Origin: Candidatus Limnocylindria bacterium
GTDB taxonomy: Bacteria > Chloroflexota > Limnocylindria > P2-11E
Direction of reading: 5' to 3'
DNA: 64,000 nt
NCBI GenBank assembly: GCA_038211425.1
Contig: JBBQVQ010000005.1
Span: 13,991 to 77,990 of the forward strand
A program made the translations under genes and the position numbers. The notes beneath the pieces are model-generated. The model worked only from the letters and a program-made list of their open reading frames with translations. It did not search any database and was not told the origin of the DNA. Positions within the stretch are counted from its first letter, which is position 1. Every line of letters begins with the position of its first letter. Below, piece after piece: positions 29,459 to 37,669 of the stretch.

Positions 29459-30154
29459 CTACCCGAGCTCCAGGTAGCGGAATGCCTCGGCGGCGGGGAG
29501 TCCCCAGGCGCGGCCGGTGGCCGCGGCGAAGCCGCGCATGCGTTCCGCGAGCGACTTGAATTCGCCCACCTGGCTCTTGTGGGCGGCCAGCGCCTCGAGC
29601 TTCTTTTCGATCGTGCCGCTGATGTCGAACCAGGTGTTCGGCTCGGCTGACCCGAAGAGCAGCACCCGCTTCACGCGATGGTGCCGCAGTTTCGGTCCGA
29701 GCTGCTCCGGAAAGAACAGGTGATCGCGGGCGGCGATGATCCCATCGAGCGCCTCCCAGCCCGCGACCCGGTGATCCGGGTGGGTCTGGTAGGGCCGCCA
29801 CGGATCCTGCGTGAACACGACGTCAGGCCGCTGCTCGCGGATCGCGCGGCACACCTCTCCACGGAGCTTCATCGATGTCTCAAGCTCCCCGTCGTGGTGG
29901 CGCAGGAAAACGAAATCCTTGACCCCGACCGTCGCACCCGCCGCGCGCTGCTCGCGCTCGCGGATCGCGGCGATACGCCGGGCCGTCATCTTCGGGTCGT
30001 GGGTCCCCTTGTCGCCGCTCGTGAGCAGGCAATACGTCAGGTGCACGCCCTTCCGCGCCCAGACTGCGAGGGTGCCGGAGCAGCTGAACTCCGCGTCGTC
30101 CGGATGCGCGAAGATCGCCATCGCTCGTTCGGGTAGCTCGTACCGGTCAGGCAC
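29459..30154 (-). CDS. PIG-L/LmbE-family N-acetylglucosaminyl deacetylase (MshB/BshB-like)
   Basis: AMAIFAHPDDAEFSCSGTLA..LLTSGDKG..HPDHRVAG. GTG 30154 overlaps the upstream GT gene by 8 nt; the alternative start is ATG 30121. Confidence 0.85.
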   Translation of the reverse strand: MPDRYELPERAMAIFAHPDDAEFSCSGTLAVWARKGVHLTYCLLTSGDKGTHDPKMTARRIAAIREREQRAAGATVGVKDFVFLRHHDGELETSMKLRGEVCRAIREQRPDVVFTQDPWRPYQTHPDHRVAGWEALDGIIAARDHLFFPEQLGPKLRHHRVKRVLLFGSAEPNTWFDISGTIEKKLEALAAHKSQVGEFKSLAERMRGFAAATGRAWGLPAAEAFRYLELG

Positions 30155-31439
30155 CGCGCGTCTGCAGCGCGGGAACCCGTTCCCGCAGGAGCGTGTCGTA
30201 CATCCGGGTGATCTCATCGCCGACCCGCGCCCATGAGAACTCGAGCGCCCGATCGCGCGCGCCCGCCGCGAGCCGCGTGCGGAGCCCGTGGTCGGTAAGG
30301 AGTGCGGCGATGGCCTCGGCCAGCGCCTGGTAGTCGCCCGCGGGGACGAGCAGACCGGAAACGCCGTCTTCAACGACCGTCTGCAGGCCGCCGACGCGGG
30401 TCGCGACGACCGGCGTGCCCGAGGCCATCGCCTCGAGCGCGACCAAGCCGAACGACTCGGTCAGCGACGGGACCGCGCAGATGTCGGCGGCTGCGTAATA
30501 CATTGCAAGCTCGTCCTGGTCCCGAGACCCGACGAAGTCGACGTTGTCCTCCATCCGATGCGCGTGGACCAGCCGCCGAAGCTCCACGATCTTTTCCGTC
30601 TCGGCCTCGCCTTCGTCCGCGTCGAGCGCGCCGCCGACGACGAGCAGGCAAAGCTCGCTTCGGAGCTCCGGGCGCCTGAAAAACAGCAGCCCAAGCGCAC
30701 GCAAGAGGACGTCGATCCCCTTGATCTGCTCGATGCGGCCGACGAACAGAACCATCCGCTCGCACTGGTCCCGGCCAGTAGCGCGCCGGGCGTCCGCTTG
30801 GCGCACAGGGCGGAACAGCTGCGTGTCGACCCCGCACGGCACGATCGCGATCTTGCGCGGATCGGCCTCGTACAGCTCGGTCAGCTCACGAGCCTCGATA
30901 TCGCTTGCGGCGACGATCGCCGAGGACTCGCGCACCGCGCGCCGCTCGACGGAGACGCGGACCTCCGTCTCGCCGCCCTGGTCCTCATCCTCGTCCAGGG
31001 CTTCGCGCTTCACGAGACCGAGGGTGTGGAACATCTGCACCACCGGGACTCGCCACCGAACTGCCAGTGTCCGGGCGACCTCGGCCGACAGCCAGTAGTG
31101 GGCGTGCAGCAGGTCGTACTCGAGGCCCTCGGCCTCGACCTGCGCGAGCAGGCACTCGGTGAACTGGTCGAGGCGCTCGTAGACGTCCATCTTGGGCAGA
31201 TAGCCGATCGGTCCTGACTCGATGTGGATCACGCGCGCGTTCGGGGCGAGCTGCTGCACCCGCGGGTCGGCGGGCTCCCGCCAGCGGGTGAACACGTCGA
31301 CGGCGATCCCGCGTTTCGCGAGATCGCGCGCGAGCTCTCGGATGTACACGTTCATGCCACCCGAGTCGCGCCCACCGAGCTTGGCGAGCGGGCACGCGTG
31401 CACTGACAGCATCGCGATGCGCCGTATCAGATCAGCCAC
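30147..31439 (-). CDS. GT4-family glycosyltransferase, MshA-like (D-inositol-3-phosphate GlcNAc-transferase-like)
   Basis: IAMLSVHACPLAKLGGRDSGGMNVYIRELARDLAKRGIAVDVFTR..HAHYWLSAEVA..MFHTLGLVK..FVGRIEQIKG..PSLTESFGLVALEAMASGTPVV. This is close to the MshA pattern as I recall it. GTG 31439 or ATG 31412; the long ORF-track N-terminal extension is not credible. Confidence 0.87.
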   Translation of the reverse strand: MADLIRRIAMLSVHACPLAKLGGRDSGGMNVYIRELARDLAKRGIAVDVFTRWREPADPRVQQLAPNARVIHIESGPIGYLPKMDVYERLDQFTECLLAQVEAEGLEYDLLHAHYWLSAEVARTLAVRWRVPVVQMFHTLGLVKREALDEDEDQGGETEVRVSVERRAVRESSAIVAASDIEARELTELYEADPRKIAIVPCGVDTQLFRPVRQADARRATGRDQCERMVLFVGRIEQIKGIDVLLRALGLLFFRRPELRSELCLLVVGGALDADEGEAETEKIVELRRLVHAHRMEDNVDFVGSRDQDELAMYYAAADICAVPSLTESFGLVALEAMASGTPVVATRVGGLQTVVEDGVSGLLVPAGDYQALAEAIAALLTDHGLRTRLAAGARDRALEFSWARVGDEITRMYDTLLRERVPALQTRGA

Positions 31440-31481
31440 CGTTTCGCGAGATGTCGAGATCCATGGTCCTAGTATCGCGCC

Positions 31482-32657
31482 GTGCTCCCCGGCCCCGTTC
31501 CGCGGGTCCTCATCGCTCCGCAATCGTTCAAGGGAAGTGCCGACGCCGCGGTCGTGGCGTCGGCCATCGCTCGCGGCGTTCGCAGGGTCTGGCCGGACGC
31601 TCGGTGCGACGAGATGCCCCTCGCGGATGGCGGCGAAGGTACCGTGCGCGCGCTGGTCCGCGCGACGAGCGGCACGCTGCGCATGAGCCGCGTGCACGAC
31701 CCGCTTGGCCGGGAGATCGATGCCGAGTGGGGCATCCTGGGAGATGGAAAGACGGCGGTCGTCGAGATGGCCGCGGCGAGCGGTCTCACGCTCCTGGGCG
31801 AAAGTGAACGCGACCCAAATGCCACTTCGACGCGCGGGACGGGTGAGCTGATCATCGCCGCAGCCTCGAGCGGCGCCGAGCGCATCGTCGTGGGTATCGG
31901 CGGGAGCGCGACGAACGACGGTGGCGCCGGCATGGCCCGCGCGCTCGGGTATCGCTTTCTGGACCGCGACGGGAACGAGCTGCCCGAAGGCGGCCTCGCG
32001 CTGCGCGGGTTGCACCGGATCGAAGGCCAGACCGATGTCCGCCTGATACGGCCGGCGATCGAGGTCGCGTGCGACGTGCGCAACCCCCTTCTCGGTCCGG
32101 AGGGCGCCACCGCCATCTATGGGCCGCAGAAGGGCGCTACTCCCGCGATCGTCCGCGAGCTGGATGCCTCGCTCGCGCGATACGCGGATGTCGTCGAGGA
32201 CTTCGTTGGACGGAACATCCGTGACGTTCCTGGTGCCGGTGCGGCAGGCGGCTTGGGCGCCGGGCTCATCGCCTTTCTCGATGCGCGGCTGCGCTCGGGG
32301 GCCGACCTGGTACTGGACGCGACGGGGTTTGGGCTTCGGTTGGACGCGTGCGACCTCGTGGTGACCGCGGAGGGCCGGGTGGATGCGCAGAGCAGCTACG
32401 GGAAATTGACCGGCGCCGTTGCCGAGCGCGCGCATGCGGCCGGCCGGCTTGTGGCGGCGGTAGCAGGCGGGACCGCGCCCGGATACGCCGCGCTCTTCGC
32501 CACGGGCCTCGACGCCCTCGAGGTCACGACCGACCGTCCCATGACGCTGGAGGAGGCGATGGTCAACGCCGAGTCGCTCATCGAGTCCGCCGCGGAGCGG
32601 CTGATACGCGCGGTCGAGCTGGGGCGCCGGCTATCTGGGAGTGCCGTCCCTGACTGA
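31482..32657 (+). CDS. glxK: glycerate kinase
   Basis: RVLIAPQSFKGSADAAVVASAIARG..MPLADGGEGTV..TSTRGTGELI..GIGGSATNDGGAGMARALG..TAEGRVDAQSSYGK. Confidence 0.9.
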   Translation: MLPGPVPRVLIAPQSFKGSADAAVVASAIARGVRRVWPDARCDEMPLADGGEGTVRALVRATSGTLRMSRVHDPLGREIDAEWGILGDGKTAVVEMAAASGLTLLGESERDPNATSTRGTGELIIAAASSGAERIVVGIGGSATNDGGAGMARALGYRFLDRDGNELPEGGLALRGLHRIEGQTDVRLIRPAIEVACDVRNPLLGPEGATAIYGPQKGATPAIVRELDASLARYADVVEDFVGRNIRDVPGAGAAGGLGAGLIAFLDARLRSGADLVLDATGFGLRLDACDLVVTAEGRVDAQSSYGKLTGAVAERAHAAGRLVAAVAGGTAPGYAALFATGLDALEVTTDRPMTLEEAMVNAESLIESAAERLIRAVELGRRLSGSAVPD

Positions 32658-32727
32658 GGATCGGTTCGTCTCGAGCGCAGGCCCGAGGCACGCCTGAATA
32701 CGTTCCCGCATTGCGACTGCGTAGCGC

Positions 32728-33438
32728 TTAGGCGGACGCCCCGGCCCTCGCGCGTCCGACGCGATGAGCGGCGTAGATGATCACCAGCAGCACGGCGGTC
32801 GCCGCGATCTCGATGGCGATATGGTCCGGGAGAAACTTGGCGACCGTCGGATCAGCGAAGGCGAGGTCCACGGCCGTCCATGCGAGCGCTGCGGCGCCCA
32901 GCCAGATCGCTGCCGGGTAACGGTCGATGATCCCCGCGACGAGGCTGCTGCCGAAAAGGACGATCGGGATCGACAGCGCAAGCCCGAAGACGAGGAGCGG
33001 GATGTCCCCGTGTGCCGCGCCGGCGACGCCCAGCACGTTCTCGAGGCTCATCGCCGCGTCGGCGACGAGGATGGTGACGATCGCTCCCCGCAGGGACCCC
33101 GCTGGACGGACGTCGTGCTCGCTTGTCTGGTGGGTCACGAGTCGATACGCGATGACGGCGAGCGCGACGCCGCCGATCAGCTGCAGATAGGGGATCGCGA
33201 GCAGCAGGGTCACAACCGCCGTGCCGGCGATGCGCAGCACGACCGCGAGCGTCCCTCCGACGACGATGGCCGTGCGCCGCTGGGTATCCGGCAACTGGCG
33301 CGCGGCCATGCCGATCAGCAGCGCGTTATCCCCCGAAAGCGCAATGTCGATCAGGACGATCGCGATGATCGCCTGCACCTGGTCCACGGGCACACCTCCG
33401 CCGACCAGCCTTCCCAGCACACCTGATCGCGAGCCCAA
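32728..33438 (-). CDS. terC: TerC/YjbE-family integral membrane protein
   Basis: [25 protein letters not shown] and a second half [20 protein letters not shown]. The start is uncertain (TTG 33438 or a downstream GTG). Confidence 0.82.
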   Translation of the reverse strand: MGSRSGVLGRLVGGGVPVDQVQAIIAIVLIDIALSGDNALLIGMAARQLPDTQRRTAIVVGGTLAVVLRIAGTAVVTLLLAIPYLQLIGGVALAVIAYRLVTHQTSEHDVRPAGSLRGAIVTILVADAAMSLENVLGVAGAAHGDIPLLVFGLALSIPIVLFGSSLVAGIIDRYPAAIWLGAAALAWTAVDLAFADPTVAKFLPDHIAIEIAATAVLLVIIYAAHRVGRARAGASA

Positions 33439-33515
33439 GCGTACTCGGTCGTCGCCCTACCGCGTCGCCCGGAGACTGCAGCAGCGAGCGGTCAAACGGA
33501 CTAGCGTTACCGGCC

Positions 33516-34508
33516 ATGATCGCAGACGCACAGCCGACAGACCTCCGCACGCCGAGCCTAGAGCTCGTCCGGATCACGGAAGAAGCGGCGATCGCGGCCG
33601 CCCATTGGATGGGTCACGGTGAGACCGATCGGGCGGACCACGCCGCAGTCGAGGCGATGCGCAAGGCCATGGATGAAGCCTCGTTCAGCGGCACGATCGT
33701 CATCGGGGAGGGCGAGCGTGACGAGGCGCCGATGCTCTACATCGGCGAGCGCGTCGGACGCGGTGATGGCGCCGAGGTGCACATCGCGGTCGATCCCCTC
33801 GAAGGGACGAATCTCGTCGCGAAGGGTCGTGCCAACTCGACCGCGGTCATAGCCGTCTCCGAGCCGGGCGGTTTGCTTCATGCGCCGGACACGTACATGG
33901 AGAAGCTGGTGGTAGGCGCGCCGGCGAAGGGCAAGGTCGACCTCGACCGCCCGGTCGCCGAGAACCTCAGGATCATCGCGGATTCGCTGAACCGGGACGT
34001 CGTCGACCTGACGGTCGTTGTCCTCGACCGGCCGCGGCACGAGAAGCTGATCACCGAGGTCCGCGACGCGGGGGCCCGCATCAAGCTGATCGATGACGGC
34101 GACCTCACGGCGGCGATTTCCGTCGCGGTCGCCGGCACCGGCGTCCACGCTGTTATGGGCACGGGTGGAGCGCCGGAAGGGGTGCTCGCGGCCGCCGCCC
34201 TTCGTTGTCTCGGAGCGGAGATCCTCGGACGCCTGGCTTTCCGAAGTCCCGAAGAGCGGGACCGCGCGCGCCGGATGGGCGTCGCCGACGAGAAGCGCAT
34301 CTACCGGACGGAGGACCTGGCCAGTGGGAAGGATCTTCGCTTCATCGCCACTGGCGTCACGGACGGCGAGCTTCTCCAGGGCGTCCGGTTCTTCGGCCGC
34401 GGCATCCGCACCCACTCCGTGCTGATGACCCGCCGCGTCGGCAAGCTGCGATTCATCGACACCTTCCATTACCAGGATCCAGAGCACCCGCCCATCGTCC
34501 GGCTGTAG
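33516..34508 (+). CDS. glpX: class II fructose-1,6-bisphosphatase (GlpX)
   Basis: [98 protein letters not shown]. Confidence 0.93.
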   Translation: MIADAQPTDLRTPSLELVRITEEAAIAAAHWMGHGETDRADHAAVEAMRKAMDEASFSGTIVIGEGERDEAPMLYIGERVGRGDGAEVHIAVDPLEGTNLVAKGRANSTAVIAVSEPGGLLHAPDTYMEKLVVGAPAKGKVDLDRPVAENLRIIADSLNRDVVDLTVVVLDRPRHEKLITEVRDAGARIKLIDDGDLTAAISVAVAGTGVHAVMGTGGAPEGVLAAAALRCLGAEILGRLAFRSPEERDRARRMGVADEKRIYRTEDLASGKDLRFIATGVTDGELLQGVRFFGRGIRTHSVLMTRRVGKLRFIDTFHYQDPEHPPIVRL

Positions 34509-34529
34509 TCCTCCCATGTCGATTGCCTA

Positions 34530-34559
34530 TTGACCTGGAACGGCCGTCGTCTCTAGGCT
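34530..34559 (+). promoter_or_regulatory. candidate promoter (TTGACC-18 nt-TAGGCT) for the XRE-TPR gene; predicts a leaderless GTG start
   Basis: TTGACC at 34530-34535 and TAGGCT at 34554-34559. The GTG start at 34567 is 8 nt after the -10 box. Confidence 0.4.
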
Positions 34560-34566
34560 CGTTCCG

Positions 34567-35985
34567 GTGCCGGCATCCAGGACCCGCTCACGCCGCCCCG
34601 TACCGCTTTCGCCGTCGCTTCAGCAGCTCGGCGAGCGTGTACGCAGCGCGAGGACCGCGTCGGGTCTCACTCAGACGCAGCTTGGCGATCCTCACTTCAC
34701 GCGCGCCTACGTGAGCGCCATCGAGCTCGGAAAGATCCGGCCCGCCATGAAATCGCTGGAATTCATCGCGGCGAAACTGGGAAAGTCCGTCGCCTACTTG
34801 CTCGAGGAGGAAGGGGAGCGGCGGAAGGGTGAGGAACGGCGGTTGAAGAGAGCTCAGGCGATGCAGTTGGTTGCCGAAGGGCGCGCCGACGAAGCAGTAG
34901 CGATTTTGCAGCCGTTTTTAATCGATTCACGGGGTGCTGAAAGGGCCTCCATGCTTCGGGCGCTAGGTCGCGCACATTGGGAGGCTGGGCGGGGAAGTAA
35001 GGCAGTGCCGATTCTCGAAGAGGCGCTTCGCTTCTATCTGGCCACGAACGATGTCGAAGGCGTCGCACGCACGAGAGCTCAGTTGGGAATGGCCCTTCAC
35101 CTATTGATGAGCTACGCGGAAGCAGCCGAGCAGCTTGAGATGGCGTTGGTAGCGCTGGTTCGGGGCGAGGTCCGGGATCAGCTCTTCAAGGTTCATGTTT
35201 TGCACAACCTCGGGCTCACTTTTTTCCAGCGGGGCGACTTCGAGACTGCGCTTCAACACTTCGAACGCGCTGCGGCTGAGGGTTCGGATATCGGCGACGA
35301 CAAGTGGACGGCGTCTCTGTACGCCGCCATGGGCATGTCAAGACTGGAGCTGGGGGATTTCGAGTCCGCGATCACATATCTCCATAAGAGCGAGACTCTA
35401 TTTGAATCCATCAGGAACAAATCCAGGGCCGCCGAGATCCGCCTTCACACAGCGCGAACCTTGCACGCCCTCGGCCACAATGCCCGTGCTATCGAAACGA
35501 TCAACTCTGCGCGAGCGGCTGCCATCCTGGCGAACAACCTCAATCTCGCTGCTCGAATCGATGTGAACAAAGGTTTGATGCTCCAGGACATGGGAGAGAT
35601 CGACGAGGCACTCGATCTTCTGCGAGGCGCGGTAACTTCCGCAGACGAGCTAGGGGAACCCGCTCTTCGCGTTCAAGCAAGGACCGGGCTCGGGAGGGTG
35701 TTGAAAAACGTAGACCCCTCACTCGCGGAACATTATCTTCGCCAAGCCGTCGATTTGATGAGCACCAGTCGTGGCGGCCGCGAGTTTGATTGGACCTATA
35801 CCGAATTGAGTGAAGTCTTAGCGAAACGGGGACTCGCCGCGGAGGCTCTTGTGTTTGCCGCAAAAGCACATCGTTCGGGGTCGCGCTCTTCAAAGGAGGG
35901 CCACATGGTGATGCTTCTAGCGTTGATCTTCGTCGGCGAAGGCATTCGCGTGCTAGCCGACCTGGTTCCGATCGTCGCGGGCTAG
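34567..35985 (+). CDS. XRE-family HTH transcriptional regulator fused to a TPR-repeat domain, with a hydrophobic 26-aa C-terminal tail
   Basis: HTH LGERVRSARTASGLTQTQLG..YVSAIELGKIRPAMKSLEFIAAKLGKSVAYLLEE, followed by multiple TPR-like A/L/Y/G repeats. G+C is visibly lower, with AT-ending codons. The 3' end overlaps the folD 3' end by 33 nt. Confidence 0.8.
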   Translation: MPASRTRSRRPVPLSPSLQQLGERVRSARTASGLTQTQLGDPHFTRAYVSAIELGKIRPAMKSLEFIAAKLGKSVAYLLEEEGERRKGEERRLKRAQAMQLVAEGRADEAVAILQPFLIDSRGAERASMLRALGRAHWEAGRGSKAVPILEEALRFYLATNDVEGVARTRAQLGMALHLLMSYAEAAEQLEMALVALVRGEVRDQLFKVHVLHNLGLTFFQRGDFETALQHFERAAAEGSDIGDDKWTASLYAAMGMSRLELGDFESAITYLHKSETLFESIRNKSRAAEIRLHTARTLHALGHNARAIETINSARAAAILANNLNLAARIDVNKGLMLQDMGEIDEALDLLRGAVTSADELGEPALRVQARTGLGRVLKNVDPSLAEHYLRQAVDLMSTSRGGREFDWTYTELSEVLAKRGLAAEALVFAAKAHRSGSRSSKEGHMVMLLALIFVGEGIRVLADLVPIVAG

Positions 35986-36837
35986 AGCGCCGGAGCTCTG
36001 CAGTTCCGCCGCAGTCAGCACATTTCTGAGTAGCAGCGCCGCTGTCACGGTCCCGAGTCCGCCCGGGACCGGACTGAGCGCACCCGCGACGGCCGAGACG
36101 CTTTCGACGTCCACGTCCCCGCTGAGTCCGGCCGGGGAGACGTTGATTCCCGCGTCGATCACCGTTGCGCCCTTCGACAGCATGTCGCCGGTGAGAAAGC
36201 GCTCGCGCCCAACGCCCACGACGACCACATCCGCCTGGCGCGTTAAGCGACCGAGCTCTGTGGTCTGCCTATGCGCCATGGTCACGGTGGCGTCCTCCTT
36301 TAACAGGAGGTAGGCCGCGGGGCGGCCGATGACGGTACTGCGGCCGATGACGACGGCGTGCGCGCCGCGGAGACGGATCTCATAGAACTTCAGCAACTCG
36401 ACGACGGCGTTGGCGGTCGATGGGACGAAGCGCGGGCGGCCATCGGCGAGGAGTCCGACGTTGAAGGGATGCATTCCCTCAACATCCTTCTCAACCGCAA
36501 TGTGGTCGACGATGTGGCCCTCATCGAGCGCGCCGGGCAGAGGCGTCAGCAGAAGGATGCCGTTGACCTCCCTCTCCGCGGCGAGACCTTCGAGGATCGA
36601 CACCAGCTTCGCTTCGCTCGTGTTGCGTGCAAGCCCGACCTCTCGGACGTCGATGCCCAACTCCCGCCCGGTCCTCGCGAGCCGATGCGCGTACGCGTTG
36701 CCTGCGGGGTCCGCGCCGACCGAGACGACAGCCAGACGCGGCGAGGCACCTCGATGTCGAAGTGAGCTCGCGCGTTCCCTGGAGGCCGCGTTGATCGTTT
36801 GGGCAAGTGGCCTGCCATGCAGCAGCCGTACCGTCAG
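35953..36837 (-). CDS. folD: bifunctional 5,10-methylene-THF dehydrogenase / 5,10-methenyl-THF cyclohydrolase FolD; proposed CTG start
   Basis: (L)TVRLLHGRPLAQTI..PRLAVVSVGADPAGNAYAHRL..GILLLTPLP..EKDVEGMHPFNVG..VVIGRSTVIGRPAAYLL..VVVVGVGR..VIDAGIN..PVPGGLGTVTAALLL. The ORF-track start TTG 36660 truncates about 59 conserved residues. Confidence 0.9.
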   Translation of the reverse strand: MTVRLLHGRPLAQTINAASRERASSLRHRGASPRLAVVSVGADPAGNAYAHRLARTGRELGIDVREVGLARNTSEAKLVSILEGLAAEREVNGILLLTPLPGALDEGHIVDHIAVEKDVEGMHPFNVGLLADGRPRFVPSTANAVVELLKFYEIRLRGAHAVVIGRSTVIGRPAAYLLLKEDATVTMAHRQTTELGRLTRQADVVVVGVGRERFLTGDMLSKGATVIDAGINVSPAGLSGDVDVESVSAVAGALSPVPGGLGTVTAALLLRNVLTAAELQSSGALARDDRNQVG

Positions 36838-37457
36838 CGCGCGATCCTCGCGTCCACGACCTCGGTCACGCGGTCGCGCTGGTTGCTGGCTCCGTCGAGA
36901 ACATCGTCGAGGTCGGCGGCGAGTGTTGCGACGCGCTCGGGATCCTTGATGGATGCGAGGTTGATCCTCACGTTGAGGGCCGCGCCCTCCAGTGCGGCAT
37001 ACGCGATGAGCGCCGCGACGCCGAGGTCGCTCACGGTGGCGTCGGTCGCGATCCCGATGCCCCGCTCGCAGGACTCAAGCACCTTGCGACTGATCCTCGC
37101 CGTCTCCAGCGGGACGCGCGCTGCCTCCAGCAGCGCCGCCTGCATCGTCTCCATGCGTTGGCGCCTCTCCTCATTGGTCGTCCGCGGAAGCTTCATCGCG
37201 AGGGTCACCTGGGCGAACGCGCTCGCATCGTCATCGACGAGGCGAAGCAGTGCGGCGCGCAGTTCATCCGCTTCGGGCACGATCCCGGCCATGCGGCCGG
37301 CCTCTTTTCTTGCCGCGATGCGCCCGACCATCGCCACAAGCGCCGCGCCGAGCGCCCCCGCGTATGCCGCAGCGCTGCCGCCGCCAGGCACCGCGCGCTC
37401 CGATGCCAGGTCCTCACTGAAGGCGCGCAACGTCCGCTCGATCGAACGATCCTTCAT
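36834..37457 (-). CDS. fchA: cyclodeaminase/cyclohydrolase-family protein (FtcD C-domain / methenyl-THF cyclohydrolase FchA-like)
   Basis: FSEDLASERAVPGGGSAAAYAGALGAALVAMVGRI..DDDASAF..ETARISRKVLE..ATDATVSDLGVAALIAYAALEGAALNVRINL. Confidence 0.8.
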   Translation of the reverse strand: MKDRSIERTLRAFSEDLASERAVPGGGSAAAYAGALGAALVAMVGRIAARKEAGRMAGIVPEADELRAALLRLVDDDASAFAQVTLAMKLPRTTNEERRQRMETMQAALLEAARVPLETARISRKVLESCERGIGIATDATVSDLGVAALIAYAALEGAALNVRINLASIKDPERVATLAADLDDVLDGASNQRDRVTEVVDARIAR

Positions 37458-37499
37458 GGGACCGGCGCAGTGTACGTGCTAGCATCGCGCTAACCGAAT

Positions 37500-37612
37500 A
37501 CCCCTTCATCGAGAGAGGCTGAGGGATACGGCCCGATGATGCCTCGGCGACCGGCGGAGACCCGCTGCGGTGCCAATTCCGTCCCTGGAAACAGGGAAAG
37601 ATGAGAGAGGGT
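37500..37612 (+). promoter_or_regulatory. SAM-I (S-box) riboswitch aptamer upstream of the split metE operon
   Basis: CUUCAUCGAGAGAGGCUGAGGGAUACGGCCCGAUGAUGCCUCGGCGACC...GCGGUGCCAAUUCCGUCCCUGGAAACAGGGAAAGAUGAGAG matches the S-box consensus blocks (UUAUCaAGAG.GG.GGAGGGA..GGCCC.AUGA..CC.GCAACC..GGUGC.AAUUCC..GAAAGAUGAG). P1 is CUUCAUC/GAUGAG. Confidence 0.9.
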
Positions 37613-37669
37613 CGACCCGCTGGGGCGATCTTCGAAATGAAAGGTCGTTCTTGCCGTGAGCGGAAGCGC

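Noticed and set aside
33439-33515. Possible yybP-ykoY (Mn2+) riboswitch upstream of the TerC-family gene.
   Set aside because: TerC genes are often riboswitch-controlled. But the intergenic region is only ~77 nt, and its minus-strand sequence lacks the conserved GGGGAGUAG and GAGAGAC-type blocks that I remember for this motif.
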